From NCBI RefSeq assembly GCF_963921235.1, contig NC_086109.1:21640001-21704000 (forward strand): a DNA stretch of 64,000 bases, given 5' to 3'. The translations under genes and the position numbers were made by a program. The DNA is from Mobula hypostoma (taxonomy: Eukaryota). Positions within the stretch are counted from its first letter, which is position 1, and each line of letters starts with the position of its first letter. Under the pieces are notes generated by a model that was not told the origin of the DNA, searched no databases, and saw only the letters and a list, made by a program, of their open reading frames with translations. Of the stretch, positions 1 to 11,444 are shown piece after piece.

Positions 1-160
1 TTGTACTCATTCCCTTCCCCTCCCCCTTCCTATTCTGGCTGCTTTGCACTCTTTTACCAGTCCTGATGAAGGTCTCAGCCAGAAATATTAAGAGTCTATT
101 CCCCTCCACAGGTGCTGCCTGACTTGCTGAGATCCTTCAGAATCTTATGTGTGTTGCTCT
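1..160 (+). mobile_element. Penelope-like pLTR fragment with degenerate hammerhead motif
   Basis: cagtc-ctgatga-aggtctcagcc-agaaa at ~58-86, followed by the family's tgctgcctgacttgctgag...gtgtgttgctc segment; same layout as 11268-11538. Confidence 0.75.
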
Positions 161-177
161 ATATCGGGGTTCCCAAC

Positions 178-327
178 TTTTAAAATAGAGTTGGACAAGT
201 ACATGGATAGGACAGATTGAGAAGGATATAGGCCAAAGACAGGCAACTGGGACTAGCTTGGATGAACATCTTGGTTAGCACAGATCAGTTGGACCGAAGG
301 GCCTGTTTCTATGCTCTATGACTCTAG
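178..327 (+). mobile_element. CR1 LINE 3' end fragment
   Basis: ttggacaagtacatggatagg (LDKYMD) and the gaagggcctgtttctatgctctatgactcta terminus resemble the CR1 end at 23391-23520. Confidence 0.7.
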
Positions 328-353
328 GATTTTGCAGAGAATTGTGGAATCTC

Positions 354-510
354 ATAACCAAGAGAAACTCTACAGATGCTGGAAGTTCAAAGCAACACAT
401 CCAACATGCTGGAGGAGCTCAGCAGGTCAGGCAGTGTCCATGGAAATAACCAAACAGTTGAAGTTTCTGGCCGAGACCTGCTGAGCTCCTCCAGCATTTT
501 TTGTGTTTTG
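354..510. mobile_element. Fold-back Penelope pLTR mini-element
   Basis: Perfect 23-bp inverted repeat 406-428/475-497; partial minus-strand hammerhead at 455-478; imperfect TSD gtggaatctc (344-353)/gtggtatttc (511-520). Confidence 0.75.
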
Positions 511-596
511 GTGGTATTTCTCTAGTGCTGTGAAGACCACTGTAGATAAACTAAAATTCAGAGGTTTGTGGAAGGTAAAAATCACAGTATAAGGTT

Positions 597-640
597 CACA
601 AACAAGAGAAAATCTGCAGGTGCTGGAAATAAGAGCAACA
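597..640 (-). mobile_element. 44-bp Penelope tail micro-insertion
   Basis: Matches the pLTR terminal tail; flanked by cacagtataaggtt (583-596)/cacagtgtaagttt (641-654). Confidence 0.65.
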
Positions 641-2032
641 CACAGTGTAAGTTTTGATTTTCAAGCGCTCTTTTTCTCAGATGGTTAAAGGCTGTACTGG
701 TTCATTAAATACAATAGAGAATTTAATTCTCAATGTCTGCCTTTACTGAGAGAAGTCTCCTGACATAGAGTATGGCAAGAAGCTCATGTTTCCAGTGTTT
801 CATCATGGACTGCTAAGTGTAAAACTCATTCTCTCATATGCTTCAATAATTTTGACTTAGAGCTCAGCCATCAAAAACGGTCAAGCATAACCATCTCTTG
901 GAGAACTGGGCTGATCTCCTTTCTAAAGTGGGGAGAATCTAAGTTAAAGAGTTTAAAATTAATCCTGGAGATTAATTGCACTCCAATAGGAGGCTTATTT
1001 TAGTTGAGTAGATGGTAAGATAGATCATATTCCCTGGGCAATGATGCAGCTTCATTTGACACTTCATTCAGTGCTTCTGATCTGGTGGACATGTTGACAT
1101 CATACACCTGTTGCAAAATCTAAGTCAAATAGCCACACTATGCAGCAAATTATTCTGCCCTATTAGTGATTTGAATAATTGAGAATTAACCAGTCATCTT
1201 GCCATCTTTAAATTTGTACTGGTGGCAAATAAGCTAATGTGATATCTGATAAATGATCCTATTTAACAACAAAGCTATTTGGTAATGTTCTATATTAAAA
1301 AGAATTTTAAAAACAAACATTTCCCACTAAGATTCATTTCCAAATCTATCTAAGTCTCTTTGAGACTGTGCTGTTGTTCTGGGTTCCATTGAATGAGACC
1401 ACAGAAATGACCCTGAGCATGAAGAGAATTTCAACTTATTTAAGGTTGAGATCAAGAGCTAAACTTACGGAACTTAATATCTGTTCTCTACATCTTGTTG
1501 CCTTGTTGAATCTTGGAATGAATATTGACCTGGATTACAGCAGGGATGGAGAATCACTAAAGATCTTGGTTGAGGTACAGTTGCCTCTTTAATAGTTAAA
1601 AGATTTGAGGAACAAAACAATAGATAAAAACTTTTAGATAGATAGATGACTTAAAAAGACAATCAGAGAACTTCTGAGTGTGGATTAGTGAATTGAGGGA
1701 AAGAATAAAATGTGATTATGAGACTTCATTCTCAGAAAGGGTCAGATTTATTAGCTCTAATGATTTTCTCATCTTCCTAAGACTTTTCATATTAATTTGA
1801 TAAAAAGAAAAGAACAAATCCACGGACCAAACAACACCTACACAAATAACAAACATTTTGTACTCTCATCATATTAGACATGAAGCTCCTATTTTTAGCA
1901 CAGCTGTCTACTTTAGCTGCATGAAATTGTTTAACCAAATCATTGTTGCTTTCTGAAGAAGAGAAAAAGCGACCTGCATACTGCCTCACAGCAAGTCCTC
2001 ATACACAACAATGTGACAGTGACCAAATTAGT

Positions 2033-2494
2033 AACATCAGAGATTCTACAGATGCTGGAAATCCAGATCAACACACACAAAATGCTGAAGGAACTCAGCA
2101 GGTCATGCAGCATCAATAGAGAGGAATAAATAGTCAACGTTTCGGACTGAGACATTTCATCAGGACTGGAAAGGAAGGTGGAAGAAGCCAGAATCATATG
2201 ATGGGAGGTGAGGAAGGAGTACAAACTGGCAGATGATAGGTGATGCCAGGTGATGGGGGAGATGGGTGGGTGGGAAAGGAGGAATGAAATGAGAAGCTGG
2301 GAAGAGTTAGGTGTGAAGGGAATTTCTACTTATTTATTTTCACCTATCACCAGCCATCTTCTATTCCTTCCCCACTCACACCTTCTTATTCTGACTTCTT
2401 TCCAGTCCTGATGAAGTGCTTTGGCCTGAAACGTCGACAGTTTATTCCTCTCCATAGATGTTGCCTGACCTGCCGAATTCTTCCAGCATTTTGT
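2033..2494. mobile_element. Head-to-head inverted Penelope pLTR pair
   Basis: Minus arm with hammerhead motif at 2131-2169, plus arm with motif at 2403-2440; TSD gtgaccaaattagt (2019-2032)/gtgaccaaagtagt (2495-2508). Confidence 0.8.
2403..2440 (+). ncRNA. Minimal hammerhead ribozyme motif (weak stems)
   Basis: cagtc CTGATGA ag-tgctttggc-ct GAAAC GTC gacag. Confidence 0.55.
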
Positions 2495-2934
2495 GTGACC
2501 AAAGTAGTGATGTTGATTGTGTAATATGCATGGGCTTGGATACTGGGAATAATTCTCCCTCCCTTCCTTGAAATAGCTTGATGGGATCTTGCACATTTAC
2601 CTGAAAGAGCAGATGTGATTTCAGTTCAAAATCCAAAATTTAGGATCTCCAGCAGTGCACCCCTGTCTCAGTACTACACCACAGTGCCAGCCTGGATTGT
2701 TATGCTGGAGTCTTTGCCTTTAGTAGGGGATTCAGTTCAAGAGTCATGACGTAATGTTGCAACTCTTTAAATCTCTGGTTAGACCACACTTGGAGTAATG
2801 TGGTCAACTCTGATCGTCTCATCATAGGACAGATGGAAACTTTAAAAAGAGTGTAGAGGAGTTTACTAGGATGCTGCCTCGATTAGAGAACATGTCTAAT
2901 GAGGAAAGTTTGAGCAACCTAGAGCTCAACATTT

Positions 2935-4380
2935 AGAGCTCTGATGCCAATCATCATAAGGTGCTTTGAATGGTTGATAATGGCACATGGCAAAAATTCC
3001 AATCCTGCCGCATTAGACACTCACCAATATGCCTACCAACAGAACCACTCTATGGCAGATGCCATGCACCGGGCCCTGACACACCTAGAAAATGAGGACA
3101 CTTTTGTCAGAGTGCTGTTTCTGGATTTTAGTTTGGCATTCAACACTATTGTCCCACAGACCTTGATGAATAAATGCCTACTCCTCGGTCCAAATACGCC
3201 ACTGTGGAACTGGGGTTCCAAACAGACAGACCTCAGATAACCAGGATACACAATTGCTCCTCCCTCCCTATCATCCTCAACATGGGTGCCCCTGCACCCC
3301 TGCCCCCAGGGCTGTGTACTGAGCCCATTGCTCTGCACTCTACTCACACATGACTGCTCAGCAAAACGCCTGAGCAATAACATCGTCAAGTTCGCTGATG
3401 ACACAACAGTGGTGGGGCTTATCACCAACAATGATGAGACAGCCTACAGAGAGGAGCTGGAAAAGCTCGAGGCCTGGTGCCAGATAAAGAACCTCTTGCT
3501 TAATGACAACAAGACAAAGTAGATGGTTATTGTCTTCAGAAGAACTCAAAACACTCACAACCGCGCCCCCCCCCACACCTTCTCATCGATGGCATAGCTG
3601 TGGAAATTGCAGGCAGTTTCAAACTCCTGGGAAAGCACGTCACACACAACCTTGCATGGTCCCAGAACACATCCTACCTAGTCAAGAAAGCTCACCAACG
3701 CCTCAACTTTCTGAGGAATCTGAAGAGAGCTGGACTTTGCACATCTGTACTCACATCATTCTATAGATGCAAAGTGGAGAACATCCTGACAAGCTGCATC
3801 ACTGCTTTTTTTTAAATGAAAACTGCACTGCAGCACCACAGGAAGTCTCTACAACGGGTATTCAAAACTGCCCAATACATCACTGGCACCTGCCTACCCA
3901 CCATCAAGGACATATATATTGAAAGGTGTTGGAAAAGGACCAGGAACATGATGAAGGATCACACATGCCCTGCTCATGGATTGTTTATCCCACTCCCATC
4001 GAGGAGGAGGCTATGTAGCATCCACCAAACTCAAAAATAGTTATCTTCCCTAAGCGATTTCCAGCATCTACAGATTCTCTCTTGTTTGCGATCTTCCCTA
4101 AGTAGAAAGGCTGATCATCACCTTCATCCATTAAATCTACCACCACTTGATAATTTCCTGTCAGTCACCTTACGTACAGCCCAGCGTCACTTTGTGGACA
4201 CACAATCAATCTATGTATACAATCTATCTTATGTATTTATATTTATTGTACATTTTTTATTATTATTATTTTGTTCTTGAACTTTTGTAGTTTTTTGTGC
4301 TGCATCAGATCCAGGGTACCAATTATTTTGTTCTCCTTACACTTATGTAAAAGAAACCATATTAAACAATCTTTGCACTT
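2935..4380 (+). mobile_element. 5'-truncated, frameshifted Rex1/Babar-type LINE (RT plus C-terminus plus 3' UTR)
   Basis: ORF pieces RVLFLDFSLAFNTI, PQGCVLSPLL, KFADDTTVVGLI, KKAHQRLNFLR. Confidence 0.85.
4055..4090 (+). mobile_element. 36-bp Penelope tail-only insertion
   Basis: gatttccagcatctacagattctctcttgtttg between perfect 12-bp direct repeats atcttccctaag (4043-4054, 4091-4102). Confidence 0.8.
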
Positions 4381-4870
4381 TAGAATGAAGGAGGATGAGA
4401 GGTAACTTGATAGAGGTGTATAGGATGATGAGATGCATAAACAGAGCGGACTGTCAGCACCTTTCTCCTGGGGCAGCAATGGCTAGAACGACAGGACATC
4501 CTTTTAAGGTAAGTGGAGGCAAGTTTAGAGGAGATTTCAGGAAAAGGTTTGTTACTTAGAGATTAGTAAGTGCTTAGAACATACTGCTGGGTAGTAGAGG
4601 CTGATGCATTAGGGACATTTCAGAGATTCTTAGATAGACACATGGATGAATAAAAAACGAAGGATAATGAGCTGCATAGGAGGGAGAATTAAATTAATCA
4701 TAGAGTAGATTAAAAGGTTGGCATAACATTGTGCACCAACAGCTGCATACTTTGCTCTATGTATCTTGAACCCAGAGCCCAATTCAGAGGAAAGAGTGAT
4801 ACCCACTATGCTATGGCTGGCAACAACTTGATTAAAACATATCTATTTTTATATAGGGTGAGGTTTAATT

Positions 4871-5474
4871 GGTTCCTAAGGTTGTCATAGCCAGGGTGGT
4901 AGTGGGGATAAGCTACCACTACCTATAAAGTGCTCCAAATGGCGTGTGTCTCTAACAGCCTCTGACAACCAAGTCCAACTCTTGGCTGTCACGTGTGGCT
5001 TAGCTACTAGGCCCGGCGGAACTGTTTCTACTGACAAGAGAAAGGGCAAAGGCGGACCACTGGCACCTCAAAACCAGTTGCTTCGGGCAGGTGGGGCTCG
5101 TCAGCCTTGGACGGCAGCCCGCCTAGGAGAAAGAAAACTCTTGAGTTTAAACCTCCGCTGCCTTGTGGCCAGACCCACCCATGGGAAAGGCTTTGGGAGA
5201 AAACCCCGAGGAAGAAATTCGGAGCAGAGGTCCCTAAGGCAGTTTGATGTTGTTTACAACTTCACTCTGGCAACTTCTGCGACGATACTGGTGCTGAGCT
5301 GTACCAGCACTTGCCCTTCCCTTGGACTACATCAGTGATGCGGAGAGGGGGAACCCACTGCATGGGCAACAGCCGGTTCTTCAAATCTTTCTGTGCAGGC
5401 TTGAGCCCTGGAGAGAACACAGTCCACCAGAAGTGCAAACCCATGATCCCCCGGGATCGATGGCTGCCTCTAAG
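4871..5474 (+). mobile_element. GC-rich non-coding retroelement, probably derived from an RTE 5' UTR
   Basis: RTE-UTR-like gaaaactcttgagtttaaacctccgctgcc; imperfect TSD aggtttaatt (4861-4870)/aggcttgatt (5476-5485). Confidence 0.5.
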
Positions 5475-6359
5475 GAGGCTTGATTGTCCCAATATACAGT
5501 AAAGCATGTGTTCTTCCTCTAATAATCTAGGCAAAATTATCAACAAACTTTGAACTACCTTTTATTTTACAGCCTATTCAAAACCCAGTATACTAAAGAA
5601 CAAAATTTGCTTAGTTAACAACCCCACAAAAGAGTCAGCTACTAATCACTGTACTTAAAGTCCGGAATTATTATTAAGTATATTGTTGGTAAGTATTTTA
5701 GACAAGAATCTCCAGATTGCAGTAAGACCATCAAATGGACTCCCTGTGAAGGTTTTTTTTTCATTGAGATCAGCAATTTCCTCTTTCAAATGACAAGTGA
5801 GACTTGTTTTAAAATCCACAGATTCTATACTGTGAACTGATGAAGGTTTTGCACTCCTTTGTGAAATAAGATATCACAAGAAACCTGACACTTCAGTTCA
5901 ATTCAGGAGAAACAATGCAGAAAATAACTGATGAATCTCATAAATCCTTGTTGCACTTCTCCAGATAGTTTTTTTCCTATCTACTTGATTTCAAAAAACT
6001 ATCTGTTTTCTCTCAGAACCTCTTATCAAAAACCATGTCTCTGGTTTGCTACAGTATTAAACACAAAGTGGCATTGCTCTTTGATGGTAGTCTGTAATGG
6101 GCAAATGGGAATCAACAAACCATCGGTTGCAAATGGAATAAGGTAAGAAAGGAGGCTGTGTGCGAGTGGGAGGCCAATTTATCACAACCTTTCTTTGTGC
6201 TGCTGTCAATAATGTATTTCCTTAAAAAGTAGAAACAAGAATGATCAATTCAGCCCTTCATGGTGGTTGCTCCATATCATAGGATTATGACTGATCCTTT
6301 CCATCACTAACCCTTTCCTACATTAACCCAAAATCTCTTGATATCCAAAACTCTATTAG

Positions 6360-6710
6360 AGTCATAGATTCGTAGAGCATTGAATCATGTCTTTCAGCCT
6401 ACCATGTCTGTGTAGACCACTAAAAACTCATTTACAGAATTCCTATACTCATTGTACTCTCCACTCATTCACAAAATCTACCCCAGACTCTACCACTCAC
6501 CTATACTACTAAGGCTAATTTACAGAGACAAATTAACATACCAACTGCACATCTTTGAGACATGGGAGGAAGCTGGAGCACCTGTGCGGAAATGTGTGCA
6601 GTCACGGAAAGAACGTGCAAACTTCACGGAGTCAGAACCCAGGGTCAGGATCGAAACAAGCTCTCCAGAGTCATAAGGCAGCAGCTCTACTCGTAGCACC
6701 ACTGTGCTGC
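6360..6710 (-). mobile_element. tRNA-derived V-domain (HE1-like) SINE, diverged
   Basis: Minus strand reads gtttgcacgttctttccgtgactgcac...ggtgctccagcttcctcccat (V domain) after a B-box-like gtttcgatcc. Confidence 0.55.
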
Positions 6711-8183
6711 TCAGTGACTGAATTGCTACAGTACTTCTCGGGTAGAGAATTCCAAAATTTCACTGTCCTCCAAGTGAGTAAATTTCTTCCTATTTCAGTT
6801 CTAAATGGTTCACACTTCATTTTGAGACCATGACCCTTGTTTCTTGACCCAGCAGCCAGAAGAAAATACCTATATACACTCTGTCAAGCCCCTTAAGTAT
6901 TTTGTGCTTCAATTAGATTTCTTGTGATTCTTCTAAACTCTAGAGAATGTTAACTCAGACTGCTTGCTCTCTCCTAACACAACAAACTCCCATTCCACTA
7001 GGCAATTTAGTAAGCCTTCACTGCACTCCCTCTGCTAGAAGCACACCTTTCCTTGCAGTAGCCAAGGGACCAGACATCGTTGCACCAAGGCCTTCGTGAT
7101 TGCAGCCAACCACCTTTAAGTTTGTAATGGAGACCTCTTGCTATAAGGATCAACATTCTATTTGACTTCCTAATTTCTTGTCATACTTGCATGTTACCAT
7201 GTTGAAGAATATCCAGGCCTTCCAGTCCCTTGCGGGGAGAAGGCAGGAGAATAGGGTTGAGAGAGATACTAAATGAGCCACGATGAGATGGCAGACCTGA
7301 CTTGATGGGCTGAATGGCATAATTCTGTTCCAATATCTTATGGTCTTACCATTAAATGAAGGTCTGCTTTTCTATTTTTTCTACCAAACCAGTTACCTCA
7401 TATTTTTTCTCATTATGTTCCATAATTTGTCCATTCACTTAACCTGCATCCATATCTCTGAAAGTTGTCTGCAATCTCCTTACAACTTACACAACCACTT
7501 AGTTTCGTATCACCTTGTACCATCATCCAAATCATTGGTAACAATTATGAGCTTCTGAAGCCCTGGCACCAATCCCTGTGGCAAGATGTTTATTTAGTTT
7601 TTTACCACTTCATTATTCTACATATAATTTTTCTTGTCTCAGTCTATAACGGACCCACATAAAATGTTTACATTGGAAGAAGATTTTACAGTATGTTTTT
7701 TTAATTTATTTCTCAATAGATTGTTCTGATATATTACATTCACTTTTCTTATCAATATATTTGCAATCCTTTTCTGAATTCTGATGTTTTTCCAGTCCTC
7801 AACTCATTTTTGGCTTTTCATTTGATCTATTACTATCTGTAACTTTTTTTTATATCAGCCACAGTTGGACCACGTTTCCTGTTGAGATTTTGTATTAAAT
7901 TTTATATCAATTCTTTAAATGTTATCAATTGTTTGTTTGGTTTCATACCTCCTAATGTATCTACACAGCCACTGCTTTCCTCAGTTCTTAGTAGTTTACT
8001 TTGATTGGTTTCATATCGAACAAAATCAGACTGTGTACAAAATCCTGTCATTTTATGATTATACTCCTTAAAGGCCATCTAACTCAAAACTATTAATTAA
8101 CCCTTTTTCTTTGCACAAAATCCCATTAAAAATAAACTTTTCCCTCGATGCTTCCAAAAATTACCAGTGTTGAAAACTAGCTT

Positions 8184-9861
8184 TCTGCCCCAAACATCTA
8201 TCACAGAAAGGATTAATATGCGAGTAAAAACGCGCTAACTTATCTTTGGACATATGTGCTCTATGAACCACTTTAAATTGAATTAGGGAATGTTTCGCAC
8301 AAATAGAGGAAGTATTAACTAATTGTAAAATCTGCCCCCAATCATCCACAGAAATGGTAAGCCCCAATTCCTGTTCCCAATCTACCCTAATCTTATCAAA
8401 TGGAGCTTTCCTAAGTTTCATAATAATATTATAAATCATAGCCGATGCACCTTTCTGACATGGATTAAGGTTAATTATCGAATCTAAAATATATATAGGA
8501 GGAAGCATTGGAAAGGAAGAAAGTATAGTACTTAGGAAATTTCTAACTTGTAAATATCTAAAAAAATGTATTCTTGATAAGTTATATTTATTAGATAATT
8601 GTTCAACAGACATAAGGGAACCATCTAAAAATAAATACAAAAACCGTAAAATACCCTTAGTCTTCCAAGTTTGAAAAGCGCGATCCGTAAAAGAGGGAGG
8701 AAAAAATATGTTGCCTAAAATAGGAATCGCTAACCCGAATTGATTAAGATCAAAAAATTTTCTGAATTGAAACCAAATGCGCAAAGCATATTTAACTATC
8801 GGGTTAGAGACCTGCTTAAGGCGTTTCGAATCAAAAGGAAGAGAGGAACCTAAAATAGAACCAAGTGTATAACCCTGAACAGATTGTAATTCCAATGCTA
8901 CCCATTTAGGAATAGATAGTATGTCCCGGTCAAGTAACCAAAATTTCATATGTCGAATATTAATAGCCCAATAATAAAATCTAAAGTTAGGTAATGCTAA
9001 ACCTCCATCTCTCTTAGCTTTCTGTAAATGTATTTTACCCAGTCTCGGATTCTTATTCTGCCAAATAAATGAAGAAATTTTAGAGTCAACTTTATCAAAA
9101 AAAGATTTAGGAACGAAAATTGGGGCAGATAGCCTCTTTAACTCATATGTTTTGGTCTTGCCCTACTTTGGAAACTTTTTGGAGAGATATTTTCAATATT
9201 ATTTCTAAGGTATTAAATATAGATATCTCTCCTCACCCTATTACTGCTATCTTTGGACTACCTAAAATTTCTAGTAATCTTTCCCCTTCAGCCCGTAGAA
9301 TGATTGCATTTCTTACTTTAATGGCGAAAAGATGTATTTTACAACATTGGAAAGAGCTTAATGCTCCAACTACCTTTTTTTGGTTTTCTCAGACGATTTT
9401 ATGTTTGAATCTGGAGAAAATTAGAAGTAACCTTTATGATTCTTCATTTAAATTTGAACAGATTTGGGGACCTTTTATTCGATATTTTCATTTAATGTAA
9501 TATTTACCCTTCTTGTTTTTTTTTCACTGTTTTAATGGAGGTCGGGATTGAGGACGTGATTTTAAGTTTAACTCTGTTTGGTTTCAAGTTAGCCCATTGC
9601 TTTGCTTTGCTTTTAGGTAGTTGCACGGTGGGTTTTTTTTTGGGGGGTTTTTTTTTCTTTTTTTTTTCCATTGATATATATAAAATCTAGTATACTATTA
9701 TGTTATCTTGGTTTCTTATGCTTAAATTACATTGTTTGTAGTATTTTCTTTTTGGTATTGTTATCTTTTGGAATTTTATTGTACTTTAACATTGTATTAA
9801 TGTTTATATGGCTTACCTTTTTTGTATACTTACTCAATAAAAAGATTTAAAAAGAAAGAAA
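8184..9861 (+). mobile_element. L1-clade LINE, 5'-truncated with 5' inversion (8184-9119 minus, 9120-9861 plus)
   Basis: Minus part is open and contains FIWQNKNPRL and GGLALPNFRFYYWA; CCHC knuckle CDRC-LGQIASLT-H-MFWS-C rejoins across the inversion; aataaa plus A/(GAAA) tail; 12-bp TSD gaaaactagctt (8172-8183, 9862-9873). Confidence 0.92.
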
Positions 9862-10115
9862 GAAAACTAGCTTGCCTACAACCTGTTAATCAGTCCTCAT
9901 AATATTCCTACTAATTTGATTTGATCAATCTTTCTGTAGATTAAATTCTTCAATCATTATTGATTTACCCGTTAAAATGCCTCCAATATCTTTATATGTA
10001 CTATGGCCAGACGTTAGCACTACTATCTGAGATACCATAAATAAACATCACAAGTAACACACATAAAAGTTGCTGGTGAACGCAGCAGGCCAGGCAGCAT
10101 CTCTAGGAAGAGGTG

Positions 10116-10153
10116 CAGTCAACGTTTCAGGCTGAGACCCTTCGTCAGGACTA
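10116..10153 (-). ncRNA. Minimal type-I hammerhead ribozyme motif, core intact
   Basis: tagtc CTGACGA agg-gtctcag-cct GAAAC GTT gactg. Confidence 0.75.
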
Positions 10154-10445
10154 ACTGAAGGAAGAGTGAGTAAGGGATTTGAAAGTGGGAGGGGGAGGGG
10201 GAGATCCAAAATGATAGGAGAAGACAGGAGGGAGAGGGATGGAGCCAAGAGCTGGACAGGTGATAGGCAAAAGGGGATACGAGAGGATCATGGGACAGGA
10301 GGTCTGGGAAGAAAGACGGGGGGGGGGAACCCAGAGGATGGGCAAGGAGTATATTCAGAGGGACAGAGGGAGAAAAAGGAGAGTGAGAGAAAGAATGTGT
10401 GTATAAAAATAAGTAACAGATGGGGTACGAGGGGGAGGTGGGGCA

Positions 10446-11267
10446 TTAGCGGAAGTTAGAGAAGTCGATGTTCATGCCATCAGGTTGGAGGCTACCCAGA
10501 CGGAATATAAGGTGTTGTTCCTCCAACCTGAGTGTGGCTTCATCTTTATAGTGGAGGAGGCCGTAGATAGACATGTCAGAATGGGAATGGGATGTGGAAT
10601 TAAAATGTGTGGCCACTGGGAGATCCTGCTTTCTCTGGCGGACAGAGCGTAGGTGTTCAGCAAAGCGGTCTCCCAGTCTGCGTCGGGTCTCGCCAATATA
10701 TAAAAGGCCACATCGGGAGCACCGGACGCAGTATATCACCCCAGCCGACTCACAGGTGAAGTGTTGCCTCACCTGGAAGGACTGTTTGGGGCCCTGAATG
10801 GTGGTAAGGGAGGAAGTGTAAGGGCATGTGTAGCACTTGTTTCGCTTACACGGGTAAGTGCCAGGAGGGAGATCAGTGGGGAGGGATGGGGGGGAACGAA
10901 TGGACAAGGGAGTTGCGTAGGGAGCGATCCCTACGGAATGCAGAGAGAGGGGGGAGGGAAAGATGTGCTTAGTGGTGGGATCCCGTTGGAGGTGGTGGAA
11001 GTTACGGAGAATAATATGTTGGACCCGGAGGCTGGTGGGGTGGTAGGTGAGGACTAGGGGAACCTTATTCCTAGTGGGGTGGCGGGAGGATGGAGTGAGA
11101 GCAGATGTACGTGAAATGGGGGAGATGCGTCTAAGAGCAGAGTTGATAGTGGAGGAAGCGAAGCCCCTTTCTTTAAAAAAGGAAGACATCTCCCTCGTCC
11201 TAGAATGAAAGGCCTCATCCTGAGAGCAGATGCGGTGGAGACGGAGGAATTGCAAGAAGGGGATGGC
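10446..11267 (-). pseudogene. Penelope-like ORF C-terminus: RT thumb, Cys-rich linker, GIY-YIG endonuclease
   Basis: QFLRLHRICS, LVLTYHP, CKRNKCYTC, GVIYCVRCSRCGLLYIGETRRRLGDRFAEH, EQHLIFRLGSLQPDGMN; the first 18 aa of the computed ORF come from the inverted pLTR. Confidence 0.9.
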
Positions 11268-11406
11268 CCTCAATCCTCTCTTATCCCTTTTGCCTATCAC
11301 CTGTCCAGCTCTTGGCTCCATCCCTCCCCCTCCTGTCTTCTCCTATCATTTTGGATCTCCCCCTCCCCCTCCAACTTTCAAATCCCTTACTCACTCTTCC
11401 TTCAGT

Positions 11407-11444
11407 TAGTCCTGACGAAGGGTCTCCGCCTGAAACGTCGACTG
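11407..11444 (+). ncRNA. Minimal type-I hammerhead ribozyme motif, core intact
   Basis: tagtc CTGACGA agg-gtctccg-cct GAAAC GTC gactg; predicted cleavage after C11439. Confidence 0.8.

Larger units (their letters stand above)
2735..4762 (+). mobile_element. CR1 3' fragment (2735-2925 and 4381-4762) interrupted by a Rex1/Babar LINE
   Basis: LVRPHLE...RFTRMLP-like coding remnant stops at ~2925 and resumes at 4381 (RRMRGNLIEV-like), ending in a CR1-type 3' terminus. Confidence 0.65.
1985..4825 (-). mobile_element. Old Deu-domain SINE (AmnSINE1/SacSINE1-like) split into three pieces (~1985-2032, 2509-2712, 4765-4825) by nested insertions
   Basis: Recognisable Deu-domain words (atgggatcttgcacatttacctga, ctcagtactacaccacagtgccagcctggatt); tRNA-like head (cttgaaccca...cccact) resumes at 4765. 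Confidence 0.55.

Noticed and set aside
10446..11321. 291-aa ORF as an intact or domesticated GIY-YIG gene
   Set aside because: The N-terminus is read from the inverted pLTR, the start codon is not ATG, and a central stretch is out of frame between two homopolymer indels compared with the 55 kb copy
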